A stretch of 64,000 bases of DNA from an uncultured virus (IMG/VR IMGVR_UViG_3300005663_000032). Lineage: Duplodnaviria; Heunggongvirae; Uroviricota; Caudoviricetes. The number at the start of each line of letters is the position of its first letter. Position 1 is the first letter of the stretch. The stretch lies in IMG/VR virus record IMGVR_UViG_3300005663_000032. The stretch is one strand, 5' to 3'. Position numbers and translations under genes: made by a program. The notes under the pieces are model-generated. The model saw only the letters and a program-made list of their open reading frames with translations, did no database searches and was not told the DNA's origin. Of this stretch, positions 31,701 to 43,800 are shown one piece after another.

Positions 31701-34700
31701 GATTTATCTGAATCTATCGGAACTTACGAATATCGGGTTACGTACAAAGATACCAGCACAAATACGGTAGTATCACCTATTACAACTATTACTCATCAAG
31801 ATACTGAAGTACCGACCGTAGATTCTCCAAGTGATCAAATTTATGAAAGTGGTGATACTGATTCTCGTTCTATTACGTGGATTTTTGGTGATAATTATAA
31901 TGGAAAGGATTATGACATTTATCGATCCACTGATAACTCAACGTGGGGATCACCAATTTATTCAGATACATGGTCGGGATTAAGTGGATCTGCGATACAA
32001 TCTGTAGGCAGTCAAACAGTCTCATATTATTATAAGATAGAAGTATTTGATTCAAGCGATAATATGATATTGGATATAGTATTTGTGGAAGTTACAACTA
32101 TTATCAATCCTGTTATTTCTCACCCATCAGATACATCTTATGAAACAGGAGATCCTAGCACCCATAATGTGGTTTGGATATTTTCAGATGAATATGGTGG
32201 ATTGGATTGGAATATAAAACGTTCCACTGACAATTCTAGTTGGGGTGGTATATTATTATCTTATAGTTCAAGTAATGCTGATGGTGTATATACTCATAAT
32301 GTGGGTGGTGAAAGTTTAGATTATTATTATCTATTCTCAGTAACAGATAATGCTTTCCATACGGTGACAGATGTGGTATTTGTGGGAACATGGGCAACTT
32401 TAAATCTGAAAAGTTTTAGTTATGATACTCCTGCAACTTATTCTGATATGTTGGCTTATTACCCGTTAGATAATGATGTGTTGGATTATTCGGGAAATGG
32501 ATACGATGGAACGAAATCAACGAATACAGATCTGTTAGCTCATTATAAAATGGAAAATGCTTTGGATTCTAGTGGAAATGGATATGATTTAACTCCCAAC
32601 GGTGATGCTACTCATGTTAGTGGGAAACTAAATAATGCTGGAAAAGTAACCGATGCTGGAAATGGGCGTTGGTCAAGAGCATTAACGACTGAGTTTGATA
32701 GTCTTTCAGCGTATAGTGTTGCTTTTTGGATGAGATATCTTGATATACCTGTTAATTATCACGACATAATCCATATATCTGGTTCTACAGGTAGTGCGCG
32801 TACATTAGATTTTTATATTGATGCTAATTATTTAACAACTTCATTTTATGATGATGGTACATCTCAATACAAAAGCACAAGTGTTCCCCTCACAAGTCTT
32901 ACATTGGATACAGATCAATTGTGGCATTATTTAGCAACTTCATGGGATGGAACATATCTACGCATATACGTTGACGGTGTGCTGATTGCAACAAGTTCTG
33001 ATTATTCAGCTTTTACAGTTGGTCAACTTCCAACAGGTTTAAGCATAGGCGATAATCAGTTTGATGCGGAATTTGATGATGTTAGGATACTCAATCGGGC
33101 TTTAGATTTAGATGAGATAATTGAATTATATAATGGTGAGATAGGGACTGAAGATGATTTGGATAATTATGTTGCGGGTACAATTAGTAATGCTATGAGG
33201 TTTGGTGGAACTAGTGATAGTATTGAAGTGGCTTTACCAGATTCTTTGAGAACAAATGGAATTTCATTTTCTTTATGGACATTCCATAATGTGGTTGGAA
33301 CTAGCAATAGTGGATTTTTATCTTTTATGACAGATGGGGAGACGAGTGATGATGATGGAATTTGGTTTCATGTAAATGACAATCAAATTCTTTGGAGAGT
33401 TGAAGATCAAACCAACGGTGAAACTGCTTGGGTTCAAACTATAACTACATTAAGTAATACGTGGTATCATTGGGTTTTTGTTTTTGAATTAAATTCTCAA
33501 AAAATATACAGAAATAATTCATTGCTTGTTGAATATACAAAATCATTTGATTTAACTGATTTAAGAACAGATAACAGTCTTAGATTATTATTAGGAGAAA
33601 CTTATCTTAAAAATAGTTATTTCCATGATGGATTAATAGATGAAGTTAGAATATTCAATAAAGCTATATCTACAGATTACATTGATAATCTCTATAATTT
33701 AGGACATGGATTGTATGATACCGATGAGAGATCATTATTATTTTGGAATGGTTATGATGCTGATGGGGTGGTTTCCTACGCATTGAATAGAAATTCTATT
33801 CAGATTGCGAATGGTACTATTACAAATAATGAATATGCGTATGAGTATTTCAATGATGGTGGTACAATCGCAAGTGGAATCTACGAGTTTGACCTGATTC
33901 TAACCTCTACTAATGGTGTAAATGCCACACATCAGATAGATATGAATTACACCGATGCTATTCCCCATATTTATGCAACACCAAGCATATTTGATTTTGG
34001 ATACGGTGCAACTGGAAACAGGTTACAATGGAATGTGGTTGATAATTATCCGAGTACTTATATTATTTACAAAAATGGCACATCAATTCAAAGCGGATCG
34101 TGGAGTGCGGACAATACCCTATTCATCTCTCTTGATAATTTAATCGTGGGAACCTATAATTTTACTATCGAGGTGTTTGATGCTGGTGGCAATTCAAACG
34201 TTGATACCAAGATCATTAATGTTCTCTCCAATGCAATATTGATTGAAACTCCATCTGATCTCATGTATGCTCTTGCAACTACTGAAAACACATTGACTTG
34301 GCTTATATCTGATTACGTAGGAGGAACATATCAATTGTACAGAAATTCAGTATCGGTTGATACTGGTAGTTGGACCTCAAACGTAGATCTGATCATAAAT
34401 ATTGATGGATTAGCAATTGATCTCTATAATTATACATTGGTAATAACTGATGCACAAACAATTAATTCAACAGATATGGTATGGGTATCAGTCCAAGCAG
34501 AGGACGGAAATCCGATAATTATTATCACTCCCGATGATTTCTCATATAATTATGCCTCGACAGAAAATGTCATTTCATGGGGGGCAGTTGATAATTTTCC
34601 AGCAACATATAATATCACAATGGATGGTGAATTGGTACAAGAGGGTTTATGGGACAGTTCTGAATTTATTGCTATTCTTGTAGATGGATTGGGAATTGGA

Positions 34701-34778
34701 GTATATACGTTTATACTGTACGTGTATGATACATCCGGAAATGTGGTTAGCGATACAGTTATAGTGAGTGTGATTTAA
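28746..34778 (+). CDS. 2010-aa surface protein: ~100-aa Ig-like repeats, two LamG/ConA-like domains, C-terminal Ig-like repeats
   Basis: Repeated QDTT.P.VT..PS....EYA.SG; WHYLATSWDG...IYVDG...FDDVRILNRAL and IDEVRIFNKAI; start probably ATG 28758. Confidence 0.9.
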   Translation: MVCYMNKSKKNKVIAIICIALFTISMLPAELGGDKLREAIEENTGLDFDNSLINSVSGATDPLICGDFSCSTGWTLQNDGYGVPTISGGVLDLGVGDGHSTAYQTVGYTVAEITALAFRFIEDWGQIYARFYYVGGGYYTYTFPPWTCCVFRTGTFNPALMDQSKSINQFRLYNTGTTTENWYGVYIDYFTISVDSTAPVITTPSGTTQEYATTGTFSINWLSTDNFNLDEVYVDDSAGGYVYSTSSDYYDLAITGTSDTFTTTWNKNAFLGIKTYRGRVYDIVGLYDTTTDVSVTIQDTTNPDVTSYPSNSNCEYASTGTCSIGNWVATDLLPSQYKIQRKLGSGGTYADVRALTAWASGTPYTFDHPKNLALGNVYYYKTYFVDTSTNSAWSTENTVTMEDTTTPTQTARPSTPRDVEYASSGTTTLSFWTGSDYLPSQYRVMRDFNSGGYAQVQGWTAWTSSSQQVTFEHPDTLALGTYKYRVEWKDTTGNTYTSSSMEITVNQQDTTDPIVTSYPSNTNVEYASSGVYTLSNWIATDLLASQYRIMRQFDGGGYAEVRTWTTWVSGNSYTYDHPKNLALGSYDYYAEFRDTTPNTVQSTVTVITQQDTTNPIVTVAQGDINVEYASSGTTQLSWTATDLLADDYQLERQFNSGGYSVIVAYGNGWTSGVATTYAHQRNLALGSYDYRITFKDTSSLTAQDVATITQQDTTSPVVTQYPSDIPCEYASSGICNVGDWIATDYFASQYKIEWNGTGTGWVTFQDWSSWTSGNSYSINHDKTLALGSYQYRAVFKDQQTLETTSGVTTITQQDTTNPIVTAIPSNSSVEYSASGTTTITYWTGGDLLPDSYMIYRQYNGGGYSAITSWIAWSSNTTQITFQHDNTLPLGLYDYYIVFRDTSLNTVNSDATGVTQEDTTDPISTNIPTDYTTEYATSGVYALEFWSGTDLLADEYQIERQYNSGGWGVIRAYTTWVSGNQYSINFDLSESIGTYEYRVTYKDTSTNTVVSPITTITHQDTEVPTVDSPSDQIYESGDTDSRSITWIFGDNYNGKDYDIYRSTDNSTWGSPIYSDTWSGLSGSAIQSVGSQTVSYYYKIEVFDSSDNMILDIVFVEVTTIINPVISHPSDTSYETGDPSTHNVVWIFSDEYGGLDWNIKRSTDNSSWGGILLSYSSSNADGVYTHNVGGESLDYYYLFSVTDNAFHTVTDVVFVGTWATLNLKSFSYDTPATYSDMLAYYPLDNDVLDYSGNGYDGTKSTNTDLLAHYKMENALDSSGNGYDLTPNGDATHVSGKLNNAGKVTDAGNGRWSRALTTEFDSLSAYSVAFWMRYLDIPVNYHDIIHISGSTGSARTLDFYIDANYLTTSFYDDGTSQYKSTSVPLTSLTLDTDQLWHYLATSWDGTYLRIYVDGVLIATSSDYSAFTVGQLPTGLSIGDNQFDAEFDDVRILNRALDLDEIIELYNGEIGTEDDLDNYVAGTISNAMRFGGTSDSIEVALPDSLRTNGISFSLWTFHNVVGTSNSGFLSFMTDGETSDDDGIWFHVNDNQILWRVEDQTNGETAWVQTITTLSNTWYHWVFVFELNSQKIYRNNSLLVEYTKSFDLTDLRTDNSLRLLLGETYLKNSYFHDGLIDEVRIFNKAISTDYIDNLYNLGHGLYDTDERSLLFWNGYDADGVVSYALNRNSIQIANGTITNNEYAYEYFNDGGTIASGIYEFDLILTSTNGVNATHQIDMNYTDAIPHIYATPSIFDFGYGATGNRLQWNVVDNYPSTYIIYKNGTSIQSGSWSADNTLFISLDNLIVGTYNFTIEVFDAGGNSNVDTKIINVLSNAILIETPSDLMYALATTENTLTWLISDYVGGTYQLYRNSVSVDTGSWTSNVDLIINIDGLAIDLYNYTLVITDAQTINSTDMVWVSVQAEDGNPIIIITPDDFSYNYASTENVISWGAVDNFPATYNITMDGELVQEGLWDSSEFIAILVDGLGIGVYTFILYVYDTSGNVVSDTVIVSVI

Positions 34779-34836
34779 GAAATGTTTGAATCCAGAGAGA
34801 TGAATAATCTTTATATTAGAGAATATATTAAAGAAC

Positions 34837-37800
34837 ATGAGGTGTTTACATATGCATAAGAAAACACTATATACGGCATTTACGCTAATACTGCTTTTTG
34901 GATCATTATTGACTGGATTGGATGACAATCCACTTGGCATTGATGATAGCATTCAAACAACAAAACCCATTGACAATACATTAACTGATCAAACATTTGA
35001 TGAATCTATTGCATATGGGCCAGATAGGCAATATAATACTAGTACAAGTTCTTGGAATACAGTTACTCCTGAAAAACAATTAATTTCGGGTGCGTGGGTA
35101 GATCCAAAAGCGAGTAGCATAAATTTGAATTCTCTACCCGATCCAACTGTACAGTATCAAGGTGAATCAGTTAGAGTAGATTATCAAGCAAAAAATAATA
35201 CTGTAAAAGCATTAGATTACGCATATAAAGAAGATTTTGATTTTCTATTTGAATGGGGGTCTATCGGTACAGGAGATGGTGAATTCGATTATCCTTATGG
35301 GATAGCAGTTGATTCTTCGGGAGATGTATATGTTGTAGATCAGAACAATGATAGAGTTCAGAAATTCACCAGTACTGGAACTTTTATACTTGAGTGGGGA
35401 GTTTCTGGCTCTGGAGAAGGACAATTCAATGATCCTTTTAGGATAGCAGTTGATTCTTCGGGAGATGTATATGTTGTAGATCTGAACAATCATAGAATTC
35501 AGAAATTCAATGGTACTGGAACTTTTATACTTGAGTGGGGAGTTGCTGGCTCCGGAGAAGGACAATTCAATAATCCTTTTGGGATAGCAGTTGATTCTTC
35601 GGGAGATGTATATGTTGCCGATAGACTGAATCATAGAATTCAGAAATTCAATGGTACTGGAACTTTTATACTTGAGTGGGGAGTTGAAGGCACTGGAGAT
35701 GGAGAACTGTCTTATCCTTCTGGTCTGGCTGTCGATTCTTCGGGAAATGTATATGTTGCAGATACGGAAAATCATAGAATTCAGAAATTCAATGGTACTG
35801 GAACTTTTATACTTAAGTGGGGAGTTTCTGGCACTGGAGATGGAGAATTCAATATTCCTTCTGGGATAGCTGTCGATTCTTCGGGAAATATATATGTTTC
35901 AGATCTGAACAATGATAGAATTCAGAAATTCACCAATACTGGAACTTTTATACTTAAGTGGGGAGTTGCTGGCACTGGAGATGGAGAATTCAATGATCCT
36001 TTTGGGATAGCAGTTGATTCTTCGGGAAATGTATATGTTTCAGATACAGCCAATCATAGAGTTCAGAAATTTGGATTTATAACAACACAAATCGATCCAA
36101 TTGGACTGTTACCAATTTCTGATGATTCTAATAATTTGGTTGTTGATAATGTTAGATCCGCAGGAACTATTTTTGAAAAGGTGTATTTAGGTTTCACATA
36201 TTATGATATGATTTCGCCAACACAATTAGGCATCGATTTTTCATGGATAACAAAGAAATCAGCAATATTCACTTCTGTATTTAATTCTGAACAATTAACT
36301 CTTGATATAAGTGATCTTGCGGTATACTCTTCAGATGAATTGAAAATAGATTTGATATTTACATATAGCAATGGTATTGGGTTTGTAATAGAAATAGGCA
36401 TTTTTGATACTGGATTAAATCAATATGTATTTTCTACTACGACTAGTGCGGTAAGTTATTTCGATTTTGATAATTCTATAATTAAAATTGATTATATGTG
36501 GGCAGAATCACAAGAAATTACTTCTAATATTAGAAGTAACTTGAAATATTCCAGCCCAACCCAAACCCTCCATACTTTAGATATAGATGTATACGATTAC
36601 CGCATCCCTTTAGCTTTGTACACCGATTGGAATCTCACTTCTATTGTCCCCACAGCTTCTTTTTCATGGGATTCTATCAACAATCGATATCTGATCACCA
36701 ATACCATTCCTACCACCTATTCTATCACTTTCATAGATGGTCAAGGGTGGGGAATCGGTAATCCCTATAATTCCACTATCTCTCCTGTAATTGATGTAAC
36801 CAATGATTTTCTATCCTGTTCGAGTTTTGATTGTGGAAATGTGACTGCTGATATGTCGTCAACAACAGAAAACGAAAATGCTGTGTTTACTGCCAATACC
36901 ACAATCGTCTCAGATGGTGGGGTATCATTGAGAATGGAAGATACTGATGGTGCTGGGTCTGAGGGATTGAACATGGCGGTTGATGAAAGAGGAACATACA
37001 CCATTACATTTGATACTTATGTGGAATTGGGACACACATGGGGCAATATTAGATTCTATTATAGAGATAGTGATACCTCCTGGGCTTATTATCAAGTTGA
37101 TGATATTGTGACTGATAGGTGGCAGAAACACATCGTTAACAATTTCACCTTAAGTGGTGATGAGAGTACCAATAATAGAAATTTGCTAATTTCGTTTGTT
37201 TCTGGACAAGGTGTGGCGTTTATTGACAATATTCATATCTGGGCAGTTAAACCTGTTGTCACCATAACAGATATTAATAAATATCAATTCAGCGTTCCTA
37301 GCACTGTGCTTGACGGATATATCAGCCCTACCATAAACAATCATCCTTTTATTATCACACTTAAAACCCATGAACCCGAATCAACTCTTGAAACTTGGAA
37401 TGAGATCAGTGATGCCACAGGATATCTATCCTTTGAGTACAATAATCCATTAGTCGAACAGGGTTATGTATTGGAATTCAACTCAACCCTGTACAATGTT
37501 ACCATCTCTGAATATTATTTTACACCAATATTAGGATCTCATTACATCAACAATGAAAACTACGATGTTGATTTTGATGATGTAACAGTTGGCGAATTAA
37601 TCAACCTAGATGCCGATACTGAGAGTTTATTCGATGGGACTCTTCAAGTTACAAGTACCGGTTCTGCTTATTGGGCATATTATAGCGCTGCGACACTTTC
37701 TTCTGCATACAGTGTAAGTACAAGAATAAAACATATAGGTGGCGTAGATACCTATATTGGCTTATCATTCTTTGATATTCCTAATAGTGCATCTGCTAGT

Positions 37801-40800
37801 GATGACATGTTCTTTATCAGACCCGGAACACCCCAGACAATATTTCGAGTTGGAGGAGTTCCTACCGCGCCCATGTTTGTTTCGGCGACTGATACTTGGT
37901 ATATTATTAGGGCCGATATAACAACTAATTATGTGAAAATCTATATTGATAATGTTTTGATCAGCACAAGAATCAATACCAATCCTCTACTGAATCCATA
38001 TTTCGGTGTATATGGGTTGGATTCCAATGCTCAGATAGATTTTGTTAGAATAAGTACTCTGACCTTACCACAAATCATTACTACTGCCACCACCACCTAT
38101 TTCACCACAATCAATAATACGGTGGTAAGTGCGCTGTACTCAGATGGCAATTATTTGGGGTTGTACAATTCTCTTGAACTGATAACCCTCAACTTCACTG
38201 CCAATCCACACAACATAACAGTCATACCTGCATTAAATACACAAGTAGTAGATTATGTGTTTGCGTTGGATTATAGTCTCAATTTGAACTACCTCTACGA
38301 TAATTCTATTGGGTTTGCAGTTAGTATTAACTCATTTAATGTTTTAGACACCCAGATTTCAACTTATATGGCTGCAACCCGCAACGGCAATTATACTGCA
38401 TATGAGAACGATACATCAGTTGGTAGTGGAAATTTTGTTGCAGCAGGGACTTCTATACAAACCGCGAGAAATACCACAACTGGTTACATATTTTATTACG
38501 CTATACTTTTCCAAAACAATACCGATCAACTCTGGTTCAACACAACCTATTCGAATGCCGTATTGGTGGTTGTTGACAATCAGATTACAGTGGCTGCTTA
38601 TTCTATCGATGTGGCGGGGGGCTTGTTTTATGCAACTGTTTACACTTTGTGGGGTAATAACACCGTTCAGGTTTATGATAATAACTCTCCATTAGGTGGC
38701 ACAGTAAATGAGGGGACTTCGGTCTGGCCGTGGGCTACATCCGCAGGAACCCATAATTTCTCAATAGTGGTTAGAAACGATGGAAGCATATTTCGTTATA
38801 TCAACGCCTCTGTGACAATAGTAGATTTTTCATTTACTGTATCTGTTTCTGCATTTACCGTCTCCCAATCTAATGTATCTACATATGTGACTGGATCTAA
38901 AGATGGAACTTTTACAATCTACGAAAATAATACCGAGATTGCTACTGGATCATTTAATTCTGTCGGAACATCAATAATCACCGCAAAGAATATTAGTTAT
39001 GATATATTGGTAAATTATGCAATTAGCTTTGTGAACGCATCAGACACGGTCTGGTTTAACACTACTTATTCAAATCCTCCACTGCCCGATTTAACAAACC
39101 AATTACTGGTGGCATCTTACTCAATAGATGCAGATGCTGGCTTATTCTACACCACAATAGAGACATTATGGGCTAATAACACCGTTCAGGTTTATGATAA
39201 TAATTCTCCACTGGGTACTTCAGTATCAGAAGGCACCTCAGTCTGGTCATTCACAACATCTGGAGGAACTCATAATTTCAGTACAGTGGTTAGAAATGGG
39301 GCAAATGTATTTCGCTATCTCAATGTTTCAATAACCATTGTTGATTTCTCATTCACCGTATCTGTTTCTGCATTTACAGTATCCGCTTCTAATGTATCTA
39401 CATATGTAACCGGATCTAAAGATGGAACTTATACAGTTTATGAAAATAATACCGAGATTGCTACGGGTGCATTTAATTCAGTCGGAACATCAATAATCAC
39501 CGCAAAGAATATTAATTATGATATATTGGTAAATTATGCAATCAGCTTTGTTAATGCATCAGATACAGTCTGGTTTAACACTACTTATTCAAATCCTCCA
39601 CTGCCCGATTTAACAAACCAATTACTGGTGGCATCTTACTCAATAGACGCAGATGCAGGCTTGTTTTATACCACAATAGAGACATTATGGGCAAATAACA
39701 CTGTTCAAGTTTATGATAATGATGTATCTCTAGGTACTGCTATATCTGAGGGAACTAGTGTTTGGAGTTTCACCACATCGATTGGTCAACATAATTTTTC
39801 AATATTCGTTAGAAATGATGGAACGTTGTTCAGACAACTGAACACCTCGATTACTCTAGCTAGTGTTGATTTTTCAGTCTCTATAAATACATTTAGTGTT
39901 TCTGAGGTAATTATTTCTACATTTATCACTTCAACTAAAAATGGAAATTATAGTGTTTATGAAAATAACACCAAGATAGGTGATGGTAATTTTATTTCCA
40001 CAGGAACTTCTATTCAATCGAATAGAAATACTGTTGATGGTGCATTTATTTATTATGCTATCGCTTTTCAGAATGTTACTGATGTAGTATGGTTCAATAC
40101 CACCTATTCAAACACTTTAGCTGTGGTGGAAGCAGGTAATCAATTGCTAGTAGCAAGTTATTCAATCGATGCTGATGGGGGATTATTCTATGCAACAATT
40201 GAAACTTCATGGGGAAACAACACCGTTCAGGTCTATGATAATAACTCTCCACTGGGTACTTCAGTATCGGAAGGCACCTCAGTATGGTCATTCACAACCT
40301 CCGCAGGAACCCATAATTTCAGTACTGTGGTTAGAAATGGTGCAGATATATTTCGCTATCTTAACGCCTCTGTGACAATAGTAGATTTTTCATTCACAGT
40401 CTCAATATCTGCATTTACGGTATCTAGTACGAACATCTCTACATATGTAACCGGATCTAAAGATGGAACTTATACTGTCTACGAAAATAATACCCAAATA
40501 GATACAGGCTCTTTTAATTCAGTCGGGACATCAATAATCACCGCAAAGAATATTAATTATGATATATTGGTAAATTATGCAATTAGCTTTGTGAACGCAT
40601 CAGATACAGTCTGGTTTAACACCACCTATTCAAATGCTCCACTACCTGATCTAACAAATCAATTATTGGTAGCAAGTTACTCAATAGATGCAGATGGTGG
40701 ATTATTTTATACCACAATAGAGACTTTATGGGGCAATAATACTGTTCAGGTTTATGATAACAACTCCCCACTGGGAACTTCGGTAAATGAAGGAACTTCA

Positions 40801-43800
40801 GTATGGTCATTCACAACATCTGGTGGTACGCATAACTTCAGCACAGTGGTTAGAAATGGGGCAAACATATTTCGATATCTCAATGTTTCTGTGACAATAG
40901 TCGATTTCTCATTCACCGTATCCGTCTCTACCTTTACAGTATCTGCTTCTAATGTATCTACATATGTAACCGGATCTAAAGATGGAACTTATACAGTTTA
41001 TGAAAATAATACCGAAATAGATACGGGTGCATTTAATTCAACCGGAACATCAATAATCACTTCGAAAAATATTAATTACGATATATTGGTAAACTATGCA
41101 ATCAAATTTGTTAATGCATCAGATACAGTCTGGTTCACTGCCACCTATTCAAATGCTCCACTACCTGATCTAACCAATCAATTACTGGTGGCATCTTACT
41201 CAATAGACGCAGATGCAGGCTTGTTTTATACCACAATAGAGACTTTATGGGCAAACAATACTGTTCAGGCGTATGATAATGATAATTCACTAGGTATTGC
41301 CATCAATGAAGGTACTAGTGTTTGGAGTTTCACAACTTCTGTAGGACAACATAATTTTTCAATATTCGTTAGAAATGATGGAACGCTGTTCAGACAACTG
41401 AACACCTCGATTACTTTAGCAAGTGTTGATTTCTCAGTCTCTATAAATACATTTAGTGTTTCTGAGGTAATTATTTCTACATTTATCACTTCAACTAAAA
41501 ATGGAAACTATAGTATTTATGAAAATAACACCAAGATAGGTGATGGTAACTTTGTTTTCACAGGAACATCTATTCAATCCAATAGAAATACTGTTGATGG
41601 TGCATTTATTTATTATGCCATAGCTTTTCAGAATGTTACCGATGTGGTTTGGTTCAATACCACCTATTCAAACACTTTAGCTGTGGTGGAAGTGGGTAAT
41701 CAATTGCTAGTTGCAAGTTATTCAATCGATGCTGATGGGGGATTATTTTACACGACAATAGAAACCTTATGGACAAATAATACAGTTCAGGTTTATGATA
41801 ATAACTCTCCACTGGGTACTTCAGTAAATGAGGGAACTTCAGTCTGGTCATTCACAACATCTGGTGGCACACATAATTTCAGTACAGTGGTTCGTAATGA
41901 TGCAACAATATTCCGCTATCTCAACGTATCTGTAACCATTGTTGATTTTACCTTCACTGTCTCAGTCTCAGCATTCACTGTCTCAGCTTCTAATATATCC
42001 ACATATATAACTGGCTCTAAAGATGGAACTTATACTGTTTACGAAAATAATACCGAAATTGATACAGGATCATTTAATTCAGTCGGGACATCAATAATAA
42101 CTGCAAAAAATATTAATTACGATATATTGGTAAACTATGCAATCAGGTTTGTTAATGCATCAGATACAGTCTGGTTCACCACCACCTATTCAAATCCCCC
42201 ACTGGCCGACTTAACAAACCAATTATTGGTAGCAAGTTACTCAATAGATGCAGATGCCGGGTTATTCTATACTACAATAGAAACCTTATGGGCAAACAAC
42301 ACCGTTCAGGTTTATGATAACACTTCTCCACTGGGGAATACTGTTTCAGAAGGAACTGCAGTTTGGTCATTTCCTACTTCAGCAGGCACTCATAATTTCA
42401 GTACTGTAATCAGAAACGGCGCAACAATATTCCGATACCTAAACGTATCTGTGACAATAGTTGATTTTATTTTCACCGTAGCGGTCTCTGCATACACCGT
42501 ATCACAATCCAACGTTTCTACATATGTAACTGGCACTAAAGATGGAACTTATACGGTCTACGAAAACGATACCCAAATCACCACGGGCTCACTATTTGCT
42601 GTCGGGACATCAATAATAACCGCAAAAAATCAATCATTAGGAATACTGGTAAATTATGCAATTAAATTTGTAAATGCTTCTGACACAATATGGTTTAATG
42701 CCACATATTCTGGCGATCCTATCGTCGAATTTTCAATAAACATATGGGCGTTTGAAGTAAGTGCAACACAAGTAACCACTTCGGTTTCTTCATCGAAAGG
42801 ATTCGCATGGGCTGTCTATGAGAATAATACTGGAATTGATAGTGGCTTGGGATCTGACGGATACACAATCCAAACAGATAAGAATTTGGCACATGGGGTT
42901 ACAATTAATTATGCAATAATCTTTGCAAATGATAGTACTTCAATATGGTTTAATACCACATATTCTAATGCTCCTGAGGAAGTAAATCAACTCCTAGTTG
43001 CAAGTTATTCTATAGATGCAGATGGTGGATTATTTTATACCACAATAGAAACTTTATGGACAAATAATACAATTCAGGTTTATGACAACAATGCTCCATT
43101 AGGCACAGCAGTATCCGAAGGAACCTCAGTTTGGTCATTCGCAACATCTGGCGGAACTCATAATTTCAGTACTGTAATCAGAAACGGTGCAACAATATTT
43201 CGATACCTAAACGTATCTATAACAATAGTTGATTTTACTTTCACCGTATCAGTTTCTGCCTTTACAATATCTAATTCTAATGTGTCTACTTATATAACCG
43301 GCTCTAAAGATGGAACTTACACAGTTTACGAAAATAATACCCAAATAGATACAGGTTCATTTAATTCAGTCGGGACATCAATAATAACAGCAAAGAATAT
43401 TAATTATGACATATTAGTAAACTATGCAATTAAATTTGTAAATGGCTCTGATACCGTCTGGTTCAACGCCACCTATTCAAACGCCCCACTGCCGGATATA
43501 GCAAATCAGCTCCTAGTTGCAAGTTATTCTATCGATGCTGATGGGGGATTATTTTACACGACAATAGAAACCTTATGGACAAATAATACAGTTCAGGTTT
43601 ATGACAACAATTCTCCATTAGGCACCGCTGTTGCTGAAGGATCTTCGGCTTGGTCTTTTATTCTCAGTTTGGGTACACATAATTTCAGTGTCGTTATACG
43701 AAATGCTGGCCTTTTATTTCGATATCTCAACGTTTCATTCACTATTGCGGATTCTGGAATTACTAGTGGAGATATGTCAGTAAGGCTTCAAAACGGAGTG

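Noticed and set aside
35245..35775. 176-aa minus-strand ORF and other antisense ORFs inside large genes
   Set aside because: Shadows of repetitive or biased sense-strand coding
38310..43750. Diversity-generating retroelement
   Set aside because: Repeats are in-frame domain duplications, differences are not adenine-specific, and no reverse transcriptase is present
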